A stretch of DNA of 64,000 nt. Origin: Comamonadaceae bacterium. GTDB lineage: Bacteria > Pseudomonadota > Gammaproteobacteria > Burkholderiales > Burkholderiaceae_C. This document shows positions 8,417 through 18,024 of this stretch, piece after piece. The position numbers and the translations under genes are program-made. Numbering within the stretch: position 1 is the stretch's first letter; the number at the start of each line of letters is the position of its first letter. Location: positions 5,221 to 69,220 of the forward strand of contig JAIYBZ010000003.1 in assembly GCA_027488255.1 (NCBI GenBank), written 5' to 3'. The notes beneath the pieces were generated by a model. The model worked only from the letters and a program-made list of their open reading frames with translations. It did no database searches and was not told where the DNA came from.

Positions 8417-11400
8417 ATGTCCGCGCAGTCCTGTTCCCAACCCTTGAAGTCTGGCTTTATTGTCTTGCACGGCAACCGGTCCGAGGAGTTGGCTCAAACC
8501 GTGTTGGCGTGGCAAAACCAGCATCCTTTGGACCCGCTGGAAGAAGAGGTCATTTTGGTGCAGAGCAGCGGCATGGCCGAGTGGTTCAAGATGACCCAAG
8601 CCCAGCAATTGGGGGTGTGCTCGGCGGCCAAAGTCGAGCTGCCGGGACGCTTCATTTGGCGGGCATACCGACAAGTCTTGGGCTCACAGGCTGTGCCCAG
8701 AGAGTCTCCGCTGGACAAGCTGCCCATGACTTGGCGACTCATGCCCTTGTTGCCCGGCTTGTTGGCCCGGCCTGAGTTCGGCCCACTGGCGCGTTATCTC
8801 TGTCCCGACGGTCTTTTGTCGCCAGCCGAGGTGCCGCAGATCGACGAGACGCGCTTGTTGCAATTGGCCAGTCAATTGGCCGATTTGTTTGACCAATACC
8901 AAAACTACCGCACCGATTGGCTGCAGAGTTGGGCGCTTGGTCAAGATGTCTTGATCGACCCCCAGGGCCAGACCCAGAAGCTGCCGCCAGAGCAACATTG
9001 GCAGCCCGAGCTGTGGCGCGCTTTGTTGGGCACGCTGAGCACTGAGCAGCGCAACACCACCCGACCCGATTTACACCGCCAGGTGCTGGCCCATTTAGAA
9101 ACTGGTGGCGATTTCACAGAGCGACTGCCACGGCGCGTCGTGGTGTTTGGCATGAGCCACATGCCGGCCTCTTTTTTAGAGACCTTGGCCGCCTTGGCCC
9201 GTCACTGTCAAATCATTTTGGCCGTGCCCAATCCTTGCCGCTTTTATTGGGGCGACATCATGGAGGGGCGTGAACTCTTTCGCACCCAGCGGCAGCGGCA
9301 GGCGCGGCGAGGGGGCGGCACGGCTGTCGCCATTGATTTACAAGACATGCACTTGTATGCCCATCCCTTGCTGGCCGCCTGGGGCAGGCAAGGGCGCGAT
9401 TTTGTACGGCAACTTGATGCGTTTGACGATGCGGTGGCCACGCAAAACGCTTTTCCATCGCTGCGCATCGATTTGTTTGATGAACAAGTCGAAACGTCAG
9501 ACACCCCCATGCTGACGCGGCTGCAACAGCGCATCCGCGATTTAGAGCCCTTGACGGTGCGCCATGACGATGCGCTGCTGGCCGCGACAGACCGTTCGGT
9601 GGTGTTTCATGTGGCGCACAGCGCGGTGCGTGAACTGGAGGTCTTGCACGACCAATTGCTGGACATGTTGGCGCAAGCCCCGCCGGCAAACGCCAAGCCC
9701 TTGCAGCCCAGAGACATCGTGGTCATGGTGCCCGATGTGCAAGACATGGCCGCGGCCATTCGCGCGGTGTTTGGCCAGTACCCGCGCCACGACAAGCGTT
9801 ACATCCCTTTTGACATTGCCGATCTGAGCGCCAAGACCAGCAGCCCCTTGGTTCAGACCGTGGCTTGGTTGCTGACTTTGCCGGCGCACCGCTTCGGCCT
9901 GAGCGAATGGGTGGACCTGCTGGAGGTGCCGGCGGTGGCGCAGCGCTTTGGCATTGAGGCTGAAAAAATACCGCAGCTCACCCAGTGGATGACAGGCGCG
10001 GGCATCCGCTGGGGCTTGCACGCGGCGCAGCGAGAACAACTGGATTTGGCGGCGTGTGGTGAGCAAAACACGGCTTGGTTTGGCCTGCAGCGCATGTTGC
10101 TGGGCTACGCCTCAGGGGTGTTCCATGCCGAGACGGAGTCAGCGTCTTCGGCTTGGCAGGGCATTGAGCCTTATGCAGAAGTGGGCGGACTAGACGCTGC
10201 CTTGGCCGGCAGTTTGGCGCACCTTTTTCACACCCTGAACGGCTGGTGGCAGCGTAGCCAAGAGCGCTTGACCCCGGCCGAGTGGTGCGAGCATGCGCGA
10301 GGGTTGTTGGCGGCCATGTTCAAGCCCGTGGACGAGGCCGACACCCAGGCTTTGGCGGCATTGGAAGAGGCATTGCCAAAGTGGCAACGGGCTTGTGAAC
10401 AAGCCGGGCTGACGGCTGCTTTGGGTTTGCCTGCCTTGCACCAAGGCTGGATGGATGCCTTGCAAGAGCCCAGTTTGAACCAGCGATTCAGAGCGGGTGG
10501 GGTGACGTTTTGTACCCTCATGCCGATGCGGGCGATTCCGTTCGAGGTGGTTTGCCTGTTGGGCATGAACGACGGTGACTACCCGCGCCGCAGCCACCGC
10601 AGCGATTTTGATTTGATGGCGCCGCGTCAGATGTTTCGTCCCGGTGACCGGTCGCGCCAGCATGACGACCGGCAACTCATGCTCGAGGCCTTGTTGTCGG
10701 CACGCCGTACCCTGTACATCAGCTGGACTGGGCGCAGCGTGCGCGACAACAGCACGCAACCGCCCTCGGTGCTGGTCTCGCAGTTGCGCGACTACGTGGC
10801 GTCGGCTTGGGGCGAAGCCGCGCTGCACAGCCGCACCACAGAGCATCCGCTGCAGCCCTTTAGCCGCCGCTACTTTGAGCCTGCAGGCCCTGATGCCAAG
10901 AGCACTTTGACCACATTTGCGCGCGAATGGCGGCAAGCCCATGCGGCCCATGTGGCGACGCCTGCGTCTTTGCCCACTGGCACGCAGGCACCCCTGAGCG
11001 TGCCGGAGGTCTCGGCGCCTCTGGATGTGAAAAGCTTGGAGCGGTTTTTCAAAAACCCTGTTGCCGCGTATTTCAAGGAACGCTTGGGGGTGGTCTTCTG
11101 GCACCCAGAAGACGAGCCCGGCGACACCGAGGTCTTTGACTACAACCCGCTTGAGCACTACAAATTGGTGCAAAGCCAAACACGCGCTTGGCCTGCGCCC
11201 ACAGAGGCCCATCCCTTGCAGGCCGCGATAGAGCAGCAACTGCAGGCCTTGCAGCGTGCCGGTGGCTTGCCCATGAAGGGTCTTGGGGAACTGAAAAAAA
11301 GTGAGCTTCAAGCCACCTTGACGGCCATGGCCCAAGCCTGGGCAGCTGTGGGACAAGACTTTCCGCAGCCTGCTGAGCGCGTGGCCCTGAGCCACAGCCA

Positions 11401-12043
11401 CTTGGGGGTGGAAGTGCGCGACTGGCTGGATGGTTTGTGTCAAAACGAATCGGGCCAACGCACCTGGGTGCTGCTGGAGGCCCGAAAAATCACCCGTTCC
11501 ATTCAGAAACAACGGGGGCCAGACCCCGAAAAACTGATACGCCCTTGGCTGTGGTCGCTACTGGCGGCGGCCAGTGGTCATGAATTGCAGGGCCGTGTGG
11601 TGGGGCAAGACGGCGTGCTGCAGATCACGCCCATGTCCTCCGAGACCGCACGTATGGTGCTGGACGGGCTGCTGTCCGTTTGGCTGCAAGGGCAAGTCGC
11701 GCCCTTGCCTTTGCCCTTCAAGACGGCTTTGGTGATGTCGGCAGGGGGAGAGGGGCAAGACCCCGCGGCGCGCCTCAAGATGCTGGCGGACGCTGAAAAA
11801 ACCTATGCCGGTGACGATGCCTACACCTACGGGGACGGTCTGGTGGAGGTCAATGAGATGTGTTTGGCCCGTGTTTTCCCAGACTTTGAGACCTTGTGTT
11901 CAGCCACCGGGCCCGAAGGGCAAACGCTGCAATCGTTGGCCTTGGCGGTGTATGGCCCATTGCACGATTGGGCCCGCCAGTGTGTGACGGCCGTGGCTTA
12001 TGCGACCCAACAGACCGATGAAGAAGCGCTCGCACATGACTGA
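8417..12043 (+). CDS. recC: exodeoxyribonuclease V gamma subunit
   Basis: 1208 aa. N-terminus FIVLHGNRSEEL matches the RecC pattern. Its stop overlaps the recB start, with recB and recD immediately downstream. Confidence 0.85.
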   Translation: MSAQSCSQPLKSGFIVLHGNRSEELAQTVLAWQNQHPLDPLEEEVILVQSSGMAEWFKMTQAQQLGVCSAAKVELPGRFIWRAYRQVLGSQAVPRESPLDKLPMTWRLMPLLPGLLARPEFGPLARYLCPDGLLSPAEVPQIDETRLLQLASQLADLFDQYQNYRTDWLQSWALGQDVLIDPQGQTQKLPPEQHWQPELWRALLGTLSTEQRNTTRPDLHRQVLAHLETGGDFTERLPRRVVVFGMSHMPASFLETLAALARHCQIILAVPNPCRFYWGDIMEGRELFRTQRQRQARRGGGTAVAIDLQDMHLYAHPLLAAWGRQGRDFVRQLDAFDDAVATQNAFPSLRIDLFDEQVETSDTPMLTRLQQRIRDLEPLTVRHDDALLAATDRSVVFHVAHSAVRELEVLHDQLLDMLAQAPPANAKPLQPRDIVVMVPDVQDMAAAIRAVFGQYPRHDKRYIPFDIADLSAKTSSPLVQTVAWLLTLPAHRFGLSEWVDLLEVPAVAQRFGIEAEKIPQLTQWMTGAGIRWGLHAAQREQLDLAACGEQNTAWFGLQRMLLGYASGVFHAETESASSAWQGIEPYAEVGGLDAALAGSLAHLFHTLNGWWQRSQERLTPAEWCEHARGLLAAMFKPVDEADTQALAALEEALPKWQRACEQAGLTAALGLPALHQGWMDALQEPSLNQRFRAGGVTFCTLMPMRAIPFEVVCLLGMNDGDYPRRSHRSDFDLMAPRQMFRPGDRSRQHDDRQLMLEALLSARRTLYISWTGRSVRDNSTQPPSVLVSQLRDYVASAWGEAALHSRTTEHPLQPFSRRYFEPAGPDAKSTLTTFAREWRQAHAAHVATPASLPTGTQAPLSVPEVSAPLDVKSLERFFKNPVAAYFKERLGVVFWHPEDEPGDTEVFDYNPLEHYKLVQSQTRAWPAPTEAHPLQAAIEQQLQALQRAGGLPMKGLGELKKSELQATLTAMAQAWAAVGQDFPQPAERVALSHSHLGVEVRDWLDGLCQNESGQRTWVLLEARKITRSIQKQRGPDPEKLIRPWLWSLLAAASGHELQGRVVGQDGVLQITPMSSETARMVLDGLLSVWLQGQVAPLPLPFKTALVMSAGGEGQDPAARLKMLADAEKTYAGDDAYTYGDGLVEVNEMCLARVFPDFETLCSATGPEGQTLQSLALAVYGPLHDWARQCVTAVAYATQQTDEEALAHD

Positions 12044-15000
12044 ACTTGCTGATTCATCTGCCGTGCCCGCCAAGTTGGATGCGATTCGTTTTCCGCTGTG
12101 GGGCTCGCGCTTGATCGAGGCCAGCGCGGGTACGGGCAAAACTTGGACCATCGCCGCCCTCTATGTGCGCTTGGTGCTGGGCCATGGCAGCGAAGACACC
12201 CGATTTGCGCGTCCCTTGATGCCGTCGGATATTTTGGTCATGACGTTCACGCGTGCGGCCACCCGTGAGTTGTCCGAGCGCATTCGGGCGCGTTTGCTCG
12301 AAGCGGCGCGTTGCTTCAGAAAAGAGGCGCAGCCACAAGCCGATGACGCCTTTTTGAAAGAACTCTTAGCGTCCTACCCACACGAAGCAGACCTCAGAAA
12401 AGACGCATGGCGCTTGTCAATCGCCGCTGAATGCATGGACGAAGCCAGCGTGTACACCATCGACGCATGGTGCCAGCGCATGTTGCGTGACCATGCCTTT
12501 GACAGTGGCAGCTTGTTTGACGAAGAACTGGTGGCCGATGAGCAAGCTTTGCTCATGCAAGCGGTGCAAGACTATTGGCGTCAACAGTGCTACGACCTGT
12601 CGCCGCAAGACCTGCAAGAGGTGTTGCGAATCTGGCCCACGGTCAATCGTTTGCAAGAAGATGTGAAAGGTTTGTTGGGCAAAGTGCCCGATGATCCCAA
12701 CGAAAATCGCGCCTCGCTCACAGAGTTGTTGGCGCAGGGCAAAGCCGCAGAGCGCCAGCAGTTGCAGGCTTTGCAAGCGCTGTGGCGCGAACGGGTGCCG
12801 TTGATGCGCAGCTTTGTGTTGTCGCAAGACCCGCCCAGCGCCAAAGGCTGGAACGGCAGAGCTTTTGTCATCAGCCGTCTCAACGGGTGGCTGGACACCC
12901 TGCAAGCTTGGGCCGAGGGGCGTGACGAATCGCGCGTGCCCCTTTTGGCGACAGGCTGGTCGCGCATGACGCTGCAAGGCTGGGCCGAGGCCCGCAAAGA
13001 CGGTTTGATGGCCGGTGTGACGGCCAGCATGAGCCCCAGCCAAGTGGAGGTGTTTCAGGCCTTTGCGGTCTTGCCCGGCCTCTTGCAGCAATTGCCCAGC
13101 CCAGCCGCGGGGGTGCGGCAACATGCCGCGCGCCGTGTGGCCCAGCGCTTGCGAGTGCTCAAGCGCCAACAGGGGACTTTTGGCTTTGCCGATTTACAAG
13201 AACGCTTGGAAGCCGCCTTGCACGGTCCCAACGCATACCTTTTGCGCGAGCGCATTGCACAGCATTACCCGGTGGCCTTGATTGATGAATTCCAAGACAC
13301 TGCTCCGATTCAGTACGGCATTTTTGATGCGATTTACCAAACGGCCAGCAGCGCCCCTGAGCGCGCACTGCTGCTGATTGGGGACCCCAAGCAGTCGATT
13401 TATGGCTTTCGGGGCGCCGACATTTACAGCTACCTGAAAGCGCGTGAGGCCACCGAAGGGCGGCACTACGCTTTGTCCATCAACTACCGATCCACGCAAG
13501 CCTTGGTCGATGCGGTCAACCATGGCTTTGTTCAGGCGGAGCGCCAAAATGCCGGAGGTGCGTTTCAGCTGAAGCGTACGGACGGTGAAAACCTGTTGCC
13601 GTTTGTGCAGGTGGAAGCCAAGGGCAGAGCTGAAAGATGGGTGACTTCGGCCCACGATATGCCCGCCATCACCTTGGTGCATGAGTTGGACACCTTGCCC
13701 GCAGGGGTCTCGCGCAGGCGTTTTGCAGAACGTTGTGCAGAACAAATTGCGACCTGGTTAAACGATCCTCACAATGGCTTTGCATACGCCGATGGGCGCC
13801 TGCAACGCTTGCGTCCGCAAGACATTGCGGTATTGGTTCGCACCGGTGCAGAGGCCTTTGCAGTGCAGCGGGCTTTGCAAAAGCGGCTCATCACATCGGT
13901 TTATTTGTCCGACAAAGACTCGGTCTACCAAAGCCATGAGGCTCGCGATTTGGTGCATTGGCTGCGTGCGGTGGCCATGCCGCAAGACGCTGCTTTGGTT
14001 CGCGCCGCATTGGCATTGGCCAGTGTGGGCTTGCCATTGACCGAGTTGAACCGTTTGGCCACCGACGACGAAGCGTTTGATGCGCAAGTCGAACAGCTGC
14101 GCCAGTTGCGCCAGACTTGGCAAAGCCAGGGCGTGCTGGCCATGTTGCGACAGACCTTGCACCGCTTTGGTTTGGCCGCGCGTTGGTTGGCTCAGCCGGG
14201 GGGTGAACGCAGCTTGACGCATTTTTTGCATCTGGCAGAGTTGTTGCAAAACGCCAGCGGTGATCTGGAGGGTGAGCAGGCCTTGATTCGTTGGTTACTA
14301 AACCAGATTGCCGAAAACACCCCTCAATCAGAAGACCAAGTGGTGCGGCTGGAGAGCGATGCCGATTTGGTCAAGATCGTGACCATTCATGCCAGCAAAG
14401 GCTTGGAATATCCGGTGGTGTGCTTGCCATTCGCCACCAGCTTCCGAGGCTTTGATGCCAAAACCCACAAACACGTTTACTTGCCCCAAGCAACCGGAGG
14501 CCGGCGGTTGGTGCTGGACATCAGCGAAGAGGCCAAGGCCCAATTTGAAGAAGAACGCTTGCGCGAAGACCTGCGACTTTTGTACGTGGCCATGACGCGC
14601 GCACGCCATGCTTTGTGGCTGGGGTTTTCTGCCGTGAAAGTCGGCAACAGCGCCGCATGCAAAACCCACTTGAGTGCCTTGGGCGTGTTGCTGGGCGGGC
14701 CAGAGCCCCGTGAGGCGGCTGACTGGTCAGTGCCTTTGCAACGCTGGGCCGAATCGGGCTCGGGCATTGCATTGGTGCCGGCGGCCGAGGTCATGGCGGT
14801 GACCCCCTTGGCGCCGCGTGAGCCGCTGCCCGCTTTGCAAGCGGCGCCCGACTTCCAGGCCGACTTTGACCGCAGTTGGGGCATTGCCAGTTATTCGCGG
14901 CTGACCCGAGATCTCAAGGCCCCGAGCCCGACAGGTCAGGCATCGCCGAGTCAGACCACCTTGCCGACCTTGTCACCTTTGCACATCATGCGACCTGCCG

Positions 15001-15854
15001 ACGATGAGCCGCCACCGGCGTCGGCACAAGCGGAGGGTGGGGCGCCAGCCATTTGGCACACCTTCAAGCGCGGGCCATTGACTGGGAATTGGTTGCACCA
15101 ACAATTGGATTGGCTGTCTTCGGAAGGCTTTCAATTGGCCAGCCAACCCGCGCTGATGAGCCGATTGCAAGCCCGCTGTGAACGGGACTATCCCACTTCG
15201 GCCCCTGCCATTGCTGCTTGGTTGGCGGCGGTGGTGCAACACCCGATACCCGGCTTGGCGACGGGCACAAGCTCCAGCTCGAATTCCAGTATGAGCGCCC
15301 ATTCAGGTGTGGCCTTGGCCGACTTGCAAACCGTGCGCTCTGAGATGGAGTTTTGGTTGCCCGCACAAAGTTTGCCGGTCAAGCAACTCGACCAGTTGTG
15401 CCAAAAATATCTGTTGCCGGGCGTGCCGCGCCCGCGTTTGCAAAGCAGCACCTTGCACGGCATGTTGATGGGCTTCATCGACTTGGTGTTTGAGCACCAA
15501 GGCCGTTATTGGGTGCTGGACTACAAGTCCAACGCTTTGGGCCAAGACGATGCGGCCTACAGCACCGAGCGTTTGCACGCGGCGATGGCCGAGCACCGTT
15601 ATGACGTGCAAGCCGCTGTTTATGCCTTGGCTTTGCACCGCTTGCTGCACAGCCGTTTGGGCGATCGCTATCGCCCCGAACAACATTTGGGCGGTGCGGT
15701 GTACCTCTTTTTGCGTGGCATCCACGGGCCTGCCAGTGGCACCTGCACGCTGACATTTCCCAGCGAAATGTTGGCGGCTCTGGATGCCATGTTGGACAAC
15801 CCTGTCGATAGCGCTGCCGATAGCTCTGCCGCACACACCGAGGGGTCTGAATGA
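12036..15854 (+). CDS. recB: exodeoxyribonuclease V beta subunit (helicase-nuclease)
   Basis: Walker A EASAGTGKTWTI, UvrD-type helicase motifs, and the C-terminal PD-(D/E)xK nuclease motif GFIDLVFEHQGRYWVLDYKSN. The ATG at 12036 overlaps the recC stop (ATGACTGA). In-frame starts at 12000 and 12018 are less likely. Confidence 0.9.
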   Translation: MTELADSSAVPAKLDAIRFPLWGSRLIEASAGTGKTWTIAALYVRLVLGHGSEDTRFARPLMPSDILVMTFTRAATRELSERIRARLLEAARCFRKEAQPQADDAFLKELLASYPHEADLRKDAWRLSIAAECMDEASVYTIDAWCQRMLRDHAFDSGSLFDEELVADEQALLMQAVQDYWRQQCYDLSPQDLQEVLRIWPTVNRLQEDVKGLLGKVPDDPNENRASLTELLAQGKAAERQQLQALQALWRERVPLMRSFVLSQDPPSAKGWNGRAFVISRLNGWLDTLQAWAEGRDESRVPLLATGWSRMTLQGWAEARKDGLMAGVTASMSPSQVEVFQAFAVLPGLLQQLPSPAAGVRQHAARRVAQRLRVLKRQQGTFGFADLQERLEAALHGPNAYLLRERIAQHYPVALIDEFQDTAPIQYGIFDAIYQTASSAPERALLLIGDPKQSIYGFRGADIYSYLKAREATEGRHYALSINYRSTQALVDAVNHGFVQAERQNAGGAFQLKRTDGENLLPFVQVEAKGRAERWVTSAHDMPAITLVHELDTLPAGVSRRRFAERCAEQIATWLNDPHNGFAYADGRLQRLRPQDIAVLVRTGAEAFAVQRALQKRLITSVYLSDKDSVYQSHEARDLVHWLRAVAMPQDAALVRAALALASVGLPLTELNRLATDDEAFDAQVEQLRQLRQTWQSQGVLAMLRQTLHRFGLAARWLAQPGGERSLTHFLHLAELLQNASGDLEGEQALIRWLLNQIAENTPQSEDQVVRLESDADLVKIVTIHASKGLEYPVVCLPFATSFRGFDAKTHKHVYLPQATGGRRLVLDISEEAKAQFEEERLREDLRLLYVAMTRARHALWLGFSAVKVGNSAACKTHLSALGVLLGGPEPREAADWSVPLQRWAESGSGIALVPAAEVMAVTPLAPREPLPALQAAPDFQADFDRSWGIASYSRLTRDLKAPSPTGQASPSQTTLPTLSPLHIMRPADDEPPPASAQAEGGAPAIWHTFKRGPLTGNWLHQQLDWLSSEGFQLASQPALMSRLQARCERDYPTSAPAIAAWLAAVVQHPIPGLATGTSSSSNSSMSAHSGVALADLQTVRSEMEFWLPAQSLPVKQLDQLCQKYLLPGVPRPRLQSSTLHGMLMGFIDLVFEHQGRYWVLDYKSNALGQDDAAYSTERLHAAMAEHRYDVQAAVYALALHRLLHSRLGDRYRPEQHLGGAVYLFLRGIHGPASGTCTLTFPSEMLAALDAMLDNPVDSAADSSAAHTEGSE

Positions 15855-18004
15855 GCCTGCCACTCGATGCGATGTCGACTTTGCAGACCCTGCAGGCTTG
15901 GTCAGAGCAGGGCGCGCTGCGCCGGTTAGACAGCGCCATGGCCCAATTTGCGGCGCACCACGATGCACAAGCTTCGCCGGTTTTGTTGGTGGCCAGTGCG
16001 GTGTTGGCGCACATGGAAGGTCGCGGCCACGTGTGTGTGCCCTTGCGCGAATTGGTGCGGCAACCCCAATCGGTGCTGGCTTGGCCCGACCCCATGCAAA
16101 CCGCGCTGAGCACCCTGTGGGCTCAGCTGCCGAAAGATCTGACACATTGGCTGCACGCCCTGACCAGCAGCTGTGTGGTGCGCAGCGTGCTGTCGCCCGA
16201 GGGCATGCTGTCGCCAGACGAGGGGCAGCCCTTGGTGTTGGGCGGCACACCCGACAAGCCCTTGCTTTATTTGCGCCGCCATTGGGTGTACGAGCAGCAA
16301 GTGGCCCGCGCCGTTGCCGAGCGCGCCAAGCCCTTGCCTGACGTGGACACCGCAGCCGCTCGGTACTGGTTGGACCGCTTGTTTCCCGCGCCCAGTTCTC
16401 TGGCCGGAGTGTCCCCTTCGCCAGCGAACGCCTCTGCGGGTCCTTCATGGCAGAAGATCGCTTGTGCTTTGGCTTTGCGCAGCCGATTGACTGTCATCAC
16501 CGGCGGGCCCGGCACCGGTAAAACCTACACCGCCGCCCGATTGTTGGCGCTGTTGTTGGCCACCAGCCCCAACCCCGCACAGCTTCGGGTGGCATTGGCG
16601 GCGCCCACCGGCAAAGCCGCGGCGCGCTTGCGGCAATCGATCGATCAGTCGCTGGCCAGCTTGCAAGTCAGTTTGGGCGACAGCATGGACCTCAAGCACC
16701 TGACCGACCGCATGGGCAAGGCCAGCACGGTGCACGCGCTGTTGGGCATGCAAGCGGGCAGCCGACAGTTCAAACACCATGCCCAGCAACCGCTGGATTT
16801 GGATGTGCTGGTGGTGGATGAAACCTCGATGGTGCATTTGGAAATGATGGCGGCATTGATGCAAGCCATGCCTGCACACGCCAAATTGGTTTTGCTGGGT
16901 GACAAAGACCAATTGGCCTCGGTGGAGGTGGGCTCGGTGTTGGGCGATTTGTGCTTTCAAGCGCAAGACAACCTTTACAACGCAGACACCTGCGACTATT
17001 TGCAAGCGACCTGTGGTGAGGTGCTGCAAGCCTCTCCTCGAGACAGCAGCCCGCTGGACCAACAAACCGTGATGTTGCGGCACAGCCACCGCTTTGGTTC
17101 AGCCATTGGCGAATTGGCCAAAGCCGTGAACATGGGCGTGGCCACGCGCGCGGCACCGCAAGACTTGTTTGACATGCCTGCCCCCTTGGGGGCTTATCAG
17201 CTGTTGGCCCGGGGCAAGCCGCAAGCCGATGTGGCGAAAGCCAGCGACGGCCCAGATGTCGGCAAAGTGGTGGGGATGACGGGCCCCCTCAAACCCGAGG
17301 AGGTGGTGCAACTGGCGCTGCACGGGCGCGCGCATGCGCCCACGTGTTATGCCGATTACTTGCGGATCATGCAATTGGGGCCGCAAGCGATCCTGCGAAG
17401 TGAACAAGGCCTCGAGAAAGACCAAGCGCAAGACCCCGTTATGGCAGCGCATGCCCAGTGGGTGGTGCAGGTGTTGCAAGCCTTTGAGAGGTTTCGCATT
17501 TTGTGCGCTGTCCATGATGGCGATTGGGGGGACCGAAACCTCAATCTGCAAGTGCAACGCGCCTTGGCTGCAGCGGGTTTGCTGAAACCCGAGGGCGAAT
17601 GGTTTGCCGGCCGCCCCGTGATGGTCACCCGCAACGACAAAGCGCTGGGCGTCTTCAATGGCGACGTGGGGGTGGTGTTGCCAGGTGCCACCAGCACAGC
17701 CCTTCGCGTTTGGTTTTTAGAGGGCGCCGCCCTGCGCTCCGTCAGTGTGAGCCGGTTGGCCCATGTGGAGACGGCTTTTGCCATGACCATCCACAAAAGT
17801 CAGGGCTCTGAATTTGCCCATGCAGTGGTGGTCTTGCCCGACTCCGGTGGCGATATGTTGACGCGTGAACTGGTCTATACCGGCATCACGCGGGCCAAAG
17901 AACACCTGACCTTGGTCGAGCCCCGAGCCGGCTTGCTGGGCGAGGCCATCGGCCGACAAGTCAGAAGGGCCAGCGGGCTGGCCACTTTGGCCTTTGGCCG
18001 CTGA
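15851..18004 (+). CDS. recD: exodeoxyribonuclease V alpha subunit
   Basis: Walker A ITGGPGTGKTYT, Walker B VVDETSMV and the C-terminal MTIHKSQGSEF motif. ATGA overlap with the recB stop. Confidence 0.9.
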   Translation: MSLPLDAMSTLQTLQAWSEQGALRRLDSAMAQFAAHHDAQASPVLLVASAVLAHMEGRGHVCVPLRELVRQPQSVLAWPDPMQTALSTLWAQLPKDLTHWLHALTSSCVVRSVLSPEGMLSPDEGQPLVLGGTPDKPLLYLRRHWVYEQQVARAVAERAKPLPDVDTAAARYWLDRLFPAPSSLAGVSPSPANASAGPSWQKIACALALRSRLTVITGGPGTGKTYTAARLLALLLATSPNPAQLRVALAAPTGKAAARLRQSIDQSLASLQVSLGDSMDLKHLTDRMGKASTVHALLGMQAGSRQFKHHAQQPLDLDVLVVDETSMVHLEMMAALMQAMPAHAKLVLLGDKDQLASVEVGSVLGDLCFQAQDNLYNADTCDYLQATCGEVLQASPRDSSPLDQQTVMLRHSHRFGSAIGELAKAVNMGVATRAAPQDLFDMPAPLGAYQLLARGKPQADVAKASDGPDVGKVVGMTGPLKPEEVVQLALHGRAHAPTCYADYLRIMQLGPQAILRSEQGLEKDQAQDPVMAAHAQWVVQVLQAFERFRILCAVHDGDWGDRNLNLQVQRALAAAGLLKPEGEWFAGRPVMVTRNDKALGVFNGDVGVVLPGATSTALRVWFLEGAALRSVSVSRLAHVETAFAMTIHKSQGSEFAHAVVVLPDSGGDMLTRELVYTGITRAKEHLTLVEPRAGLLGEAIGRQVRRASGLATLAFGR

Positions 18005-18024
18005 GGGGCGTTTGCCCGCTCGGC

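Noticed and set aside
16807-16814. E. coli Chi octamer GCTGGTGG (also at 22144-22151 and 49576-49583) in a window that encodes RecBCD
   Set aside because: Three plus-strand copies in 64 kb of GC-rich DNA is not obviously more than chance. Chi is species-specific, so the E. coli sequence need not be recognised here. A whole-genome skew analysis would be needed.
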